From Clostridia bacterium (lineage in GTDB: Bacteria > Bacillota > Clostridia > JAAYHZ01): a stretch of DNA of 64,000 nt. Location: contig JBMNIH010000003.1 in the NCBI GenBank assembly GCA_050950825.1, positions 64,001 through 128,000 on the forward strand. The letters run 5' to 3'. The notes under the pieces are model-generated. The model ran no database searches, was not told the DNA's origin, and saw nothing but the letters and a program-made list of their open reading frames with translations. Below, piece after piece: positions 47,258 through 56,346 of this stretch. Positions within the stretch are counted from its first letter, which is position 1, and each line of letters opens with the position of its first letter. The translations under genes and the position numbers were made by a program.

Positions 47258-48382
47258 TTATCTCAACAATTGGAGAACCGTCTGCGGTGTCTGGTTTGCT
47301 TGTGCTAACATAGCCGTTGCCGCTTGCGTCAAGATGTTGTTCTTGGTGAATATCATCATTTCTTTTGCCATGTCTACGTCGCGGATACGGCTTTCGGCAG
47401 CCTGCAGGTTTTCCGCAGAAATGTTCAAGCTGTTGATCTTGTGCTCTAATCGGTTCTGGTAAGCACCTAACTTCGCACGTTCGGTAGAAACCAAATTGAT
47501 TGCATTGTTGACAGATGTAATCGCTGCCGTCGCACCTTCTCTTGTGGATATATCGGCAGAATCAATCTGCAAACCTGTTGTGCTCATATTGCTAATTTTC
47601 AGAGCCAATTCGTCTCCCGCCAAAGATCCGGTTTGGAAGGTAGGTGTTGCACCGGTTACCGTTAATTTTGCGGCATCGTTAACGGCCAAATCCGATAGTT
47701 CTTGGTTTAATTCAATGGTTAAATCCAGTTCTTCGATTTTTAATACGGTTTTATCTCCGTTATCTCCATCGATTTTAATGGTTGCCGTTACGGTATTAAA
47801 GTCTGTGACGGTGGTGCTGCTTACTTCAACCTGTATTTCCGATGCGGTCTTACTTGTTACCTTCACATCATATTCACCGGCAGTGAGGGGGCCTCCTCCG
47901 ATAACGTTAACAAGACCTAAAGGATTCGTTGAATCGTCGGCGCCGGCTACCGTATTTCCAAAGGTTCCATCCAAGAGAGCTCTGCCGTTGAAGGTCGTTT
48001 TGCTCGCAATGTCGTTGATTTCCTTCTTCAGTTCTACAAATTCTTGTTGCAACGCTTCACGGTCAACATTGTCTTGGTTGGTGTCGCTTGCCGATTGAAC
48101 AGCCAGTTCATTCATTCTCTGCAGAATGGCATGGGTTTCGGTTAAAGCGCCTTCTGCGGTTTGGATTAAAGAAATGGCGTCTTGGGAATTTTTCGCGGCC
48201 ATTTCCAATCCGCGGATTTGAGCCTTCATCTTTTCGGAAATAGCCATTCCCGCCGCATCGTCTCCGGCTCTGTTGATTCTGTAACCGGACGATAATTTTT
48301 CAATGGATTTGGACGTGTTGGCATTGTTAATGCTCAAGTATCTTTGTGTATTCAGTGCCATTAAATTGTTATTAATACGCAT
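47258..48382 (-). CDS. fliC: Flagellin (copy 2, 374 aa)
   Basis: Same conserved D0/D1 termini, distinct central region. Confidence 0.97.
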   Translation of the reverse strand: MRINNNLMALNTQRYLSINNANTSKSIEKLSSGYRINRAGDDAAGMAISEKMKAQIRGLEMAAKNSQDAISLIQTAEGALTETHAILQRMNELAVQSASDTNQDNVDREALQQEFVELKKEINDIASKTTFNGRALLDGTFGNTVAGADDSTNPLGLVNVIGGGPLTAGEYDVKVTSKTASEIQVEVSSTTVTDFNTVTATIKIDGDNGDKTVLKIEELDLTIELNQELSDLAVNDAAKLTVTGATPTFQTGSLAGDELALKISNMSTTGLQIDSADISTREGATAAITSVNNAINLVSTERAKLGAYQNRLEHKINSLNISAENLQAAESRIRDVDMAKEMMIFTKNNILTQAATAMLAQANQTPQTVLQLLR

Positions 48383-48479
48383 GGTATGTACCTCCTTGAA
48401 ATCTTTTTGCTTCCTTGCTTTTTGCTTTTTAAATTTTCCGAATTCAGCACCTTAATCGGATAAACTCTTTTCAAAATAT

Positions 48480-48506
48480 ATATCGTTCATTATTTAAAAA
48501 ACTTTA
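48480..48506 (-). promoter_or_regulatory. Sigma-28 promoter of flagellin 2
   Basis: TAAA-N15-AACGATAT on the minus strand. Confidence 0.82.
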
Positions 48507-48559
48507 TTGAACTTCTAATTTCAAAAAAATATTTTTTATGATTCGGTGCCTTTCATATA

Positions 48560-48586
48560 GACAAAGCCGGCCATGCCGGCTTTGTC
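48560..48586 (-). terminator. Terminator after flagellin 1
   Basis: GACAAAGCCGGC-N3-GCCGGCTTTGTC immediately after the stop. Confidence 0.78.
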
Positions 48587-48588
48587 CG

Positions 48589-49737
48589 TTATCTTAACAG
48601 TTGTAGAACCGTTTGCGGTGTTTGGTTTGCTTGTGCCAACATAGCCGTTGCCGCTTGCGTCAAGATGTTGTTCTTGGTGAATACCATCATTTCTTTTGCC
48701 ATGTCGACGTCGCGGATACGGCTTTCGGCGGCCTGCAGGTTTTCCGCAGAAATGTTCAAGCTGTTAATCTTGTGCTCCAATCGGTTCTGGTAAGCGCCTA
48801 ACTTCGCACGTTCGGTAGAAACCAGATTGATAGCGTTGTTAACGGATGTAATCGCCGCCGTTGCTCCTTCTCTTGTGGATATATCGGCGGTGTCAATGCT
48901 TAACCCTTGTGTGCTCATGTCATTGATCGTGAGTGACAATTCGTCTCCGGCTAACGCTCCGGTTTGGAACGTAGGTGTTGCAAAGGTCACACGAATTGTC
49001 GCCGTTTCGCCGTCGGTCATACCCGATAACTTTTTGGTTCCGAAATCAAGAGTTACATTGGATGTCGTGAATGTATAGGTTGTATCGTCTTCGTTCGTTC
49101 CCGATGCCTTTATATCCAAAGTCGCTGATGTTTCTATTGTATTACCGTTTGCATCCTTTAAAGTAAATACTAACGTTAAAGGTTTATCCTCACTATCTGT
49201 AGTAACATCAGCTTCTACGGTGAATTCACCGGTACCTAAAGCTTCCGCTCCCGAGACACCGGTTAAGCCCAAAGACGGAGAACCGTTTGTAAAGGTGACC
49301 GTACCCGTTTGAGAGAAGCTTCCGTCTAAGAGAGTTCTGCCGTTGAAGGTGGTTTTGCTTGCAATGTCGTTGATTTCCTTCTTCAGTTCTGCGAATTCTT
49401 GTTGCAATGCGTCACGGTCAACATTGTTTTGGTTGGTGTCGCTTGCCGATTGAACAGCCAGCTCGTTCATTCTCTGCAGAATCGCATGAGTTTCGGTTAA
49501 AGCACCTTCTGCGGTTTGGATCAAAGAAATGGCGTCTTGCGAGTTTTTCGCGGCCATTTCCAATCCGCGGATCTGAGCCTTCATCTTTTCGGAAATAGCC
49601 ATTCCCGCCGCATCGTCTCCGGCTCTGTTGATTCTGTAACCGGACGATAATTTTTCAATGGATTTGGATGTGTTGGCATTGTTGATACTTAAGTATCTTT
49701 GTGTGTTTAATGCCATTAAGTTGTTGTTAATACGCAT
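48589..49737 (-). CDS. fliC: Flagellin (copy 1, 382 aa)
   Basis: Same conserved termini; true start at 49737 with AAGGAGGT. Confidence 0.97.
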   Translation of the reverse strand: MRINNNLMALNTQRYLSINNANTSKSIEKLSSGYRINRAGDDAAGMAISEKMKAQIRGLEMAAKNSQDAISLIQTAEGALTETHAILQRMNELAVQSASDTNQNNVDRDALQQEFAELKKEINDIASKTTFNGRTLLDGSFSQTGTVTFTNGSPSLGLTGVSGAEALGTGEFTVEADVTTDSEDKPLTLVFTLKDANGNTIETSATLDIKASGTNEDDTTYTFTTSNVTLDFGTKKLSGMTDGETATIRVTFATPTFQTGALAGDELSLTINDMSTQGLSIDTADISTREGATAAITSVNNAINLVSTERAKLGAYQNRLEHKINSLNISAENLQAAESRIRDVDMAKEMMVFTKNNILTQAATAMLAQANQTPQTVLQLLR

Positions 49738-49763
49738 AGTATAATACCTCCTTGATAGCCTTC

Positions 49764-49777
49764 CGGCTTCCTTGCCG
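49764..49777 (-). promoter_or_regulatory. CsrA-type binding hairpin in flagellin leader (also at 47021-47030 and 48409-48418)
   Basis: CGGC-AAGGAA-GCCG. The GCAAGGAAGC core is conserved about 12 nt upstream of the RBS in all three flagellin leaders. Confidence 0.7.
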
Positions 49778-49839
49778 TTATTAAACCGAACAGTTTTTCC
49801 GAATCGGGCGCCTTGATTCAATTTTCTGTTTCGTAAAGA

Positions 49840-49866
49840 ATATCGTTCTTTATGGAGAGAACTTTA
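49840..49866 (-). promoter_or_regulatory. Sigma-28 promoter of flagellin 1
   Basis: TAAA-N15-AACGATAT on the minus strand. Confidence 0.82.
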
Positions 49867-49975
49867 GGAGGTTTATTAAAAAAGTTATTCGAACAAAAGA
49901 GCTATAAAAAGAGTCCAAACCTCCGTTTCTTAAGCGGCATCTGTTTGAACCCTAAAAGACGAATGATAATTTTGT

Positions 49976-50560
49976 TTAAACCTTCTTGTCGATTTTCGTT
50001 CCTTTTTTATCCGTTTGGCTTCGGTATATAGGATGATGCTTCATCGTCGGCAGTTCCTTGTGATGCCGCTTCTTCACGTGAACCTCCACCCTATGAGGAT
50101 GAACGATAATTTTCGGTCTTGATTCCACCTTCCACTCGATCTCCAGCTCCGGTTTTGACCATTCGATCTCCAAATCTCCCGGATCCCAAACAATTGTATG
50201 GTTCGGTATAAACCTGGAGCTGATGTCTACTATATCTTTCGGATATCGTATCAAAGGCTCCGGCGTGAATCTTTCTTTGCCTTCCATACCGATAGCCCCT
50301 GCTTTGTTCGATGCGGCTAAACTTACGGCACCTAAACTAAAATGCCGAGACTTTAATGATCTTTCCCAAACGAAGCCCAAATGATTTAAAGATCCGGATC
50401 CTGAGGAACGAAACTCCCGATTTATCGTAAATCTCGGCGGTCGTCTGTGCACTTGAAGCCGGGCATTCTTTTGCCTGATATTAAGCTTCGGCTTAGGGCT
50501 TTGAATTTCTATCCATGCTCGTTGGGTTCTGATCTCAATATCCGTTGCCGTTCTCCACAT
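49976..50560 (-). CDS. YviE/DUF6470-like flagellar-locus protein
   Basis: Beta-rich IEIRTQ..IEIQSPKPKLNIRQ, PGDLEIEW, IDKKV C-terminus; located directly after flgL. Confidence 0.65.
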   Translation of the reverse strand: MWRTATDIEIRTQRAWIEIQSPKPKLNIRQKNARLQVHRRPPRFTINREFRSSGSGSLNHLGFVWERSLKSRHFSLGAVSLAASNKAGAIGMEGKERFTPEPLIRYPKDIVDISSRFIPNHTIVWDPGDLEIEWSKPELEIEWKVESRPKIIVHPHRVEVHVKKRHHKELPTMKHHPIYRSQTDKKGTKIDKKV

Positions 50561-50593
50561 ACCAAATACATTCCAAAGCTTAAATTTAAATTA

Positions 50594-51517
50594 TCATTTT
50601 AGAAAATCCAACAAGGAGGGCTGTATCGCTCCGGCGCCTACGGCTAATGCCGTTCTGTACACCGCTTCTTGAAGCTTCAATTGGGTGATTACTTCCGCTT
50701 CGTCGATACCCTCAATGGACGCTTGAATTTCTTTGTAATTGTACCAATCGTCCTCGTAGCGGGATATCAAATCCTCCAGCCTGTTGTACTTCCCGCCGAT
50801 TTCGGACACAAGGGAGGTAATGTGTTCTTTGGCGTTATTCAGCTTCCCCACGAATTCTCTTACGGGCAAATCGTTTTTAAGAGCGTTTTCAATGTCGGAA
50901 AGCATGCTTAAAATATTGTCGGGACCGTACCCGATCGCTTTCAAGCCGTTGACGCTTACATCCATATCAAGGTCTTTTCCTAATCGATATACGACCGTCT
51001 CGTTCTTAAAGGCCGCAAGGACGGAAGGATCTCCTGACAATATATTGACGCCGTTATATAGAATTTCTCCGCCGGTATAGGTAAACGGAGCCTTGGAAAT
51101 ATTCTTTCCGCCAAACAGGTATTGGCCCTTGCAGGTGGAATTTAACGTGTCAATGCAGTGCTCCATAATTTGCTTTATTTCCAATGCGATATCGTCTTTG
51201 TCCGTTACGTTATTCGTATCGTTGGAAGCGAATACGGTCAATTCGTATGCACGGGACAAATAGTCGCTTATATCCATCAACGCCGTTTCGGTAAAAGCCA
51301 AAAGGGTTCTTGCATCTTCCGCGTTTTTCTTGTATTGCTCCGTTCTTTGCAGGCTGCTTCTTGTTTGAAGGCTTATGGCCGCTCCGACGGGATCATCCGA
51401 AAGCTTTGTGATTTTCGTATTCATCAAAAGCTGCGTTTGGTACTTGTTCATTTTTTGCAAATTCGCATTAAGGTTTTTAATTAGACTGTGAGATACCATG
51501 GAGTTGGTAATACGCAT
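50594..51517 (-). CDS. flgL: Hook-associated protein 3 FlgL
   Basis: MRITNSM, SDDPVGA, GQYLFGG, IQPSLLDFLK. Confidence 0.95.
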   Translation of the reverse strand: MRITNSMVSHSLIKNLNANLQKMNKYQTQLLMNTKITKLSDDPVGAAISLQTRSSLQRTEQYKKNAEDARTLLAFTETALMDISDYLSRAYELTVFASNDTNNVTDKDDIALEIKQIMEHCIDTLNSTCKGQYLFGGKNISKAPFTYTGGEILYNGVNILSGDPSVLAAFKNETVVYRLGKDLDMDVSVNGLKAIGYGPDNILSMLSDIENALKNDLPVREFVGKLNNAKEHITSLVSEIGGKYNRLEDLISRYEDDWYNYKEIQASIEGIDEAEVITQLKLQEAVYRTALAVGAGAIQPSLLDFLK

Positions 51518-51535
51518 TTTACAGATCCCCCTCTA

Positions 51536-53080
51536 TTATCTTCCTACCAAGCCTGTCTTGTTAATCAAAATCTCCAACATCTCGTCCAATGCCGTCATCA
51601 ATCTTGCGGATGCTTGGTACGCTTTTTCATAGCGAATCATGTTGGTCATTTCTTCGTCCATGTCCACTCCGGATACGGACTGCCTTTTGTAGTCGATGCC
51701 GGCCAACACGGTTCCCTCGTTTTCCTCCATATTGTTTGCATAAGCGGCTTGTGTTCCTAAATCCACGGATACGGATCTTAAGTATTCTTCGAAGTCAAAA
51801 GAGCCTAAAACGTTTTTACCGTCTCGCAATTCCAAAAGAGACAGAATGTTTTCGTTGTTCCCGCTGTTAATCAATTGGTTGACTTCTTCGGAGGATCCTG
51901 CGATGCTATATACGTTTTTCACGATGGCATCGTTCACCCTCATTGTAGATGCCGTCAAGCCGTTAGGATCGAAGAAGTCGATACCGGTTTGCGAAAGAAC
52001 GCCCTCCGAAAGATTCGGATAGCTCCATCCGCTTCGGTGCACTTCGTTGAACTTTTCCACGAAGTTTTCGACAAAGGTGTCCAATTGCCGGATATAGTAC
52101 GGGATCCCTTTGTTGTCCTCCGAATCGCCGTCTCTCATATCCATATAGCCCTTCAGCTTACCGGAAGAGAAGGAGCCTATTTCCGTCGCATTCACACCGT
52201 CAATTACCGTGCCGGAAGAAGGATCTTGAATATACAGGGAGTGAAAAAAATCCTTGCTTCCGTCCGGTAAAGTTTTATGATAAGTACCGAATGTAAAGTA
52301 CTTGTCGTGATCGATTAATGCGATCTCTCTTTCCGTTCCCGTCTCGTCCTTGATTGTCATATTCACCTTCAGGACGTCTTTTCCGTCGACGGTCTCTTCA
52401 CGGTATTGAATGCCTACGTATTCCGACAATTGATCCAAAAGCAAATCCCTTTTATCTCGAAGATCGTTGGCTCTTAGGCCGTTCGATTCGAATCTTGCGA
52501 TTTGCTCGTTCAAAGCCGCAATGTTTTTAATATATTCGTTTACTTGGGCAACGGACTTTTCCAACCGAAAATCCATTTCCTTTTGAATATCTTCCAAGGC
52601 GGAGGCTTTAAAACGTATGGTTTCGGTCAGCCTTACGGCCTGTTCCATAAAGCTTGTCCGAATATCCTTGCTTCCAACGTTCTTCGATAGCTCCTCCAAA
52701 TTGTTAAAGAATTGATTCAATATGGCGTTGATTCCCGTATCGGAAGGCTCTCTTAATATGTCTTCCGCAAAAGACAAGGTTTCGGCCTTCACCTGCCATT
52801 CTGCGTATATGGAGTTTTCTTTTCGAAACTGCCTGTCCAAAAATGTATCGCGGACTCCTACTATGTCAATTAAGTTTACTCCCGCCCCTACTTTATTCCC
52901 CGTAAGGTTGGCAAGCTGCGACATGTTTATGGAAGGGGCTACGGATGTGCCAACCGTTCTTTGTCTTACATATCCTTTGGTTTCGGCATTTGCAACATTG
53001 TGAGCCGTTACATCCAATGCCTTTTGATTATACGACAATCCGCTTTTCGATATCTCGAATCCGTAAAATGTTGATCTCAT
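51536..53080 (-). CDS. flgK: Hook-associated protein 1 FlgK
   Basis: MRSTFYGFEISKSGL, HNVANAETKGYVRQR, NDLRDKRDLL, SVSGVDMDEEM. Confidence 0.96.
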   Translation of the reverse strand: MRSTFYGFEISKSGLSYNQKALDVTAHNVANAETKGYVRQRTVGTSVAPSINMSQLANLTGNKVGAGVNLIDIVGVRDTFLDRQFRKENSIYAEWQVKAETLSFAEDILREPSDTGINAILNQFFNNLEELSKNVGSKDIRTSFMEQAVRLTETIRFKASALEDIQKEMDFRLEKSVAQVNEYIKNIAALNEQIARFESNGLRANDLRDKRDLLLDQLSEYVGIQYREETVDGKDVLKVNMTIKDETGTEREIALIDHDKYFTFGTYHKTLPDGSKDFFHSLYIQDPSSGTVIDGVNATEIGSFSSGKLKGYMDMRDGDSEDNKGIPYYIRQLDTFVENFVEKFNEVHRSGWSYPNLSEGVLSQTGIDFFDPNGLTASTMRVNDAIVKNVYSIAGSSEEVNQLINSGNNENILSLLELRDGKNVLGSFDFEEYLRSVSVDLGTQAAYANNMEENEGTVLAGIDYKRQSVSGVDMDEEMTNMIRYEKAYQASARLMTALDEMLEILINKTGLVGR

Positions 53081-53095
53081 AATTCCCTCGTTCCG

Positions 53096-53599
53096 TCAGA
53101 CTTTGGTGTCGATAATATTCCGCTTTTGCACTGCGGGGCGGTTCCCCCATTCGGTGTAGATGCCGTCTTTTTCCTCTCCCATTAAGGCATAATTCAATAT
53201 TTCCTGTATATATTGAAGATTGTTGTTCAATAGCTTCATGTTAAGATCGTTGGCTTCCTTCTGCTTTCTCAAAATCATCCGAAGCTCTTGTACAAGGGGG
53301 ATAAACTTGGACCGGTAAGAAGAAGGCATCCGATCGATGATCTCTTGTATGTGAATCTCGTGAAGGCCCGGCCCCAATCGCTGTGCAAGGGTTTTCGTAA
53401 GAGCCTCCCTTGTTTTTTCTTTCTCGTCTAAGGATGCAAATATGCTTTGTTCTTCGCTTACGATTTGTTCCAGTTCTTTTACACGATTGTGCATGATCAC
53501 ATCCGTCTTTTTCTCGGAAAGCTTCAGCATCCGGCTAAAAAACGCTTTTTCCTCAAGCAAGACGTTTAACAATTTTTCATACAGCTTTTCCTGTTCCAT
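53096..53599 (-). CDS. flgN: Flagellar chaperone FlgN
   Basis: Helical protein with N.LN..LL motif and IDTKV end; between flgM and flgK. Confidence 0.85.
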   Translation of the reverse strand: MEQEKLYEKLLNVLLEEKAFFSRMLKLSEKKTDVIMHNRVKELEQIVSEEQSIFASLDEKEKTREALTKTLAQRLGPGLHEIHIQEIIDRMPSSYRSKFIPLVQELRMILRKQKEANDLNMKLLNNNLQYIQEILNYALMGEEKDGIYTEWGNRPAVQKRNIIDTKV

Positions 53600-53646
53600 A
53601 AAAAGAATCTCCTTCGCACCATCGTTTCAACCGCTCTTTTAAAACC

Positions 53647-53934
53647 TTAAGGCCGAATTTTATTGCTGTCTTGAATCATTTTTTCCGCTACGGCGGTGCT
53701 GTCAACCTTGTACGTGCCGTTTTCGATCGCCTTTTTAATCCCTGCGACCTTTTCCGCCCGAATGGAGCTGCCTTGCGCTTTCGCCGCTTTAATGGCGGTC
53801 AAATATGTTTTCGCCTCATCCGAAAGCTCCAATATATCGTTTTCCCGTATCACATCCGACTGCTTTTTTGCATTGACCGAATTCGTTTTGTATAGAGATA
53901 CCGCATCCGGCGGTTTAATCGGGTTAATCTTCAT
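53647..53934 (-). CDS. flgM: Anti-sigma-28 factor FlgM
   Basis: D.LELSDEAK, IRAEKVAGIKKAIENGTYKVDSTAVAEKM. Confidence 0.93.
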   Translation of the reverse strand: MKINPIKPPDAVSLYKTNSVNAKKQSDVIRENDILELSDEAKTYLTAIKAAKAQGSSIRAEKVAGIKKAIENGTYKVDSTAVAEKMIQDSNKIRP

Positions 53935-53947
53935 ATTCTCACACTCT

Positions 53948-54655
53948 CTACCTCATGATATTATTCGTTATTTCTTCCATTTGGTCTGCCGTCGTGATGG
54001 CGCGAGCGGCTACCTGATACGCTCTTTGGGAGCGTATTATTCTTGTCAGCTGCTCCGCGGTGTCGACGTTGGAGGCTTCCAAAAAGCCTTTTCGCACCTC
54101 GTCGTTTCCCGATAAGGCGGCTTGACCGGACACCTCGGTTTCCGAGTAATAATTTGCGCCCTCCGAGGATAACCCTTGGGGATTCGTAAATTCGAAAACA
54201 CCGGGAGAAGGATAATCCTCGTTCGTATTATCCGGTATGAAAATTCTGTTCCTATTGCTATCCAAAACATAATGCCCATCTTTTGTGAGAAGGAAGCCGG
54301 TTTCTCCTCTGTGAAAGCTTCCGTCTCGGGTAAAGCGTATTCCTTCGTTCGTTTCTATCGCAAAGAATCCGGTTCCGAAGATTGCAAAATCATAAGGGTT
54401 TCCCGTTTCTTCGATAGGACCTTGCGTGAAGGCGGTTTTGATATCGCTTAAAAGAACTCCGTGGCCTTGCTGCAAATTGTTTTCCGCCGACTCTTCAGCG
54501 GGAGTATGCATGGTGCGATATATGGCATCTTTAAAGCCTGCCGTTTTGCTTTTGTAGCCGGTCGTATTGATGTTGGCGATGTTATTGGCCGTAACGTCCA
54601 TGCTTTTTTGCTGTGCCGTCATTCCCGAGGCCGCGGTATACAATGCTTGGATCAC
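53948..54655 (-). CDS. flgG: Flagellar basal-body rod protein FlgG (FlhP-like)
   Basis: ALYTAASGM, ANNIANINTTGYK, FTRDGSF, LEASNVD, QRAYQ. Confidence 0.85.
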   Translation of the reverse strand: MIQALYTAASGMTAQQKSMDVTANNIANINTTGYKSKTAGFKDAIYRTMHTPAEESAENNLQQGHGVLLSDIKTAFTQGPIEETGNPYDFAIFGTGFFAIETNEGIRFTRDGSFHRGETGFLLTKDGHYVLDSNRNRIFIPDNTNEDYPSPGVFEFTNPQGLSSEGANYYSETEVSGQAALSGNDEVRKGFLEASNVDTAEQLTRIIRSQRAYQVAARAITTADQMEEITNNIMR

Positions 54656-54666
54656 CGTTTCTCACC

Positions 54667-55413
54667 TTAAACCTTTCCGATTTCGTTGACTGCTTTTCCT
54701 AATGTATCGTTAATAATGGAAGCCATTCGTTGATGGGTCTCGTATGATCTTGAAATTTCAATCATATCCGTCATTTGCTTTACCAAATCCACGTTCGACC
54801 CTTCCAAGAATCCTTGATGTACCCTTGCATTCGCCGCTACGGCTCCTGCATCATCTAACGCTTCGTACAAATTGTCTCCGATTTTTCTTAAGCCTTCGAC
54901 GTTTGTAAAATTCGTCAATTGTATGGTGTTAATGTATACGCCTTCGTTATAGACGTTGCCTTCCTTGTCGATTTGTACATCCTCCGATGCCAAGACGAAG
55001 GGCTCTCCGTTCGTTCCTAAGAGGGGATATCCGTCCGCCGTTACGATCCTTAAATTTTCATCGACTCGAAAAGCTCCGGCTCTCGTATAGCGAATGCCGT
55101 CTTCGGTATTCACGGCAAAAAAGCCTTCTCCTTCGATGGCCAAATCCAGCATTCTGTCGGTTTGATCTAGAGGTCCTTGAATAAAATCCGTCGCTACCGC
55201 ATCCGTGTGGAGACCGTAATTATACGGGCCTACTTCGTTTTTGCCGGCAGAATCGCCGATTCGACGGATCAATACGTCTTGAAAGGATCTTGTCAAAAGC
55301 TTATCCTGCTTAAATCCCGCCGTATCCACATTGGCCAAGTTGTTCGCCAATACATCCAGTTTTTTTCTTTGCGTTAACATACCCGTACCGACGGTATACA
55401 GTCCTCGAATCAT
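54667..55413 (-). CDS. flgF: Flagellar basal-body rod protein FlgF (FlhO-like)
   Basis: MIRGLYT..GM, ANNLANVDTAGFK, YTRAGAF, LEGSNVD, AVNEIGKV. Confidence 0.85.
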   Translation of the reverse strand: MIRGLYTVGTGMLTQRKKLDVLANNLANVDTAGFKQDKLLTRSFQDVLIRRIGDSAGKNEVGPYNYGLHTDAVATDFIQGPLDQTDRMLDLAIEGEGFFAVNTEDGIRYTRAGAFRVDENLRIVTADGYPLLGTNGEPFVLASEDVQIDKEGNVYNEGVYINTIQLTNFTNVEGLRKIGDNLYEALDDAGAVAANARVHQGFLEGSNVDLVKQMTDMIEISRSYETHQRMASIINDTLGKAVNEIGKV

Positions 55414-55455
55414 TCGCACACTCCTTATTTATATTCCATAAACACCTTTACATGT

Positions 55456-55482
55456 TTATCGAATTCACGATAAAAATCTTTA
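55456..55482 (-). promoter_or_regulatory. Sigma-28 promoter of flgF-flgG-flgM-flgN-flgK-flgL operon
   Basis: TAAA-N15-TTCGATAA on the minus strand. Confidence 0.75.
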
Positions 55483-55507
55483 GCACTTTTTAAAAGTTAT
55501 AGGTAAT

Positions 55508-55548
55508 AAAAAGCCGGCGGAACGCGTTTTTTTGGCAATTCCGTCGGC
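55508..55548 (-). terminator. Terminator after fliA
   Basis: GCCGACGGAA...TTCCGCCGGC-TTTTT on the minus strand. Confidence 0.65.
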
Positions 55549-55558
55549 GGTACGGGGA

Positions 55559-56308
55559 TTATTTTAATTTGTTTCTCAGCTTAAACAAGGCGGCGGAGTG
55601 AATTTGGGAGACTCGAGATTCGCTGACATCAAGAACGGCACCGATTTCCTTCAGCGTCAGTTCTTCGTAATAGTAAAGGGTAATAACCAGCCTTTCTCTT
55701 TCCGTCAGTTGGTCAATGGCCTCCGCTAAATTTTGCTTCAATTCTTTGCTTTCATAGCTTTCCTCGGGGATATATTCCTCGTCATCCTCCTCGGGCTCTA
55801 GGCCCGCCATCTCCAATATGCTGTCGATATTTAGAATATTGTATGTATAGGCTCCTTCCAAAACCTCTCTGAATTCTTTTTCATCCATTTGGAGGTATTT
55901 TCGGACCTCCTCTTCCGTAGCCGGCTTTCCGGTTTCCGATTCAATTAGGGCATAAGCCGCTTCCACCTTCTTGATCTTTGCTCGGGTGTTTGCCGGAATA
56001 AAGTCTTGCTTTCGCAGAAAATCAATGATTTCGCCCTTAATTCGATATCCCGCATAGGTTTTGAAGTTGATGCCTTTATGAATGTCAAACTTGGTCACGG
56101 CGTCAATTAAGCCGATAACACCGCAGCTCATCATATCGTCGATGTCCACAAATTTGCCGTAGCTGGGCACCAATTTGAAAACAATACTCTTAACCAAATC
56201 CATATAGTAGGTTACCAAAACGTTTCTTTCGGCTTGCCCGCGTTTTTCCGCATACCTTCTCCATACTTCATCGATATCCATATCCGTCTTATACCCTAAC
56301 ATCATCAT
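55559..56308 (-). CDS. fliA: RNA polymerase sigma-28 factor FliA/SigD
   Basis: GVIGLIDAV.KFD, FKTYA..RIKGEIIDFLRKQD, LYYYEELTLKEIG.VL.VSESRVSQIH. Confidence 0.96.
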   Translation of the reverse strand: MMMLGYKTDMDIDEVWRRYAEKRGQAERNVLVTYYMDLVKSIVFKLVPSYGKFVDIDDMMSCGVIGLIDAVTKFDIHKGINFKTYAGYRIKGEIIDFLRKQDFIPANTRAKIKKVEAAYALIESETGKPATEEEVRKYLQMDEKEFREVLEGAYTYNILNIDSILEMAGLEPEEDDEEYIPEESYESKELKQNLAEAIDQLTERERLVITLYYYEELTLKEIGAVLDVSESRVSQIHSAALFKLRNKLK

Positions 56309-56346
56309 GATCCTCCGATAATACGTAATCCGGTTCTTCCGCCCGT

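Noticed and set aside
45878-49737. Invertible flagellar phase switch or diversity-generating retroelement
   Set aside because: No recombinase, inverted repeats around promoters, reverse transcriptase or adenine-specific variation seen.
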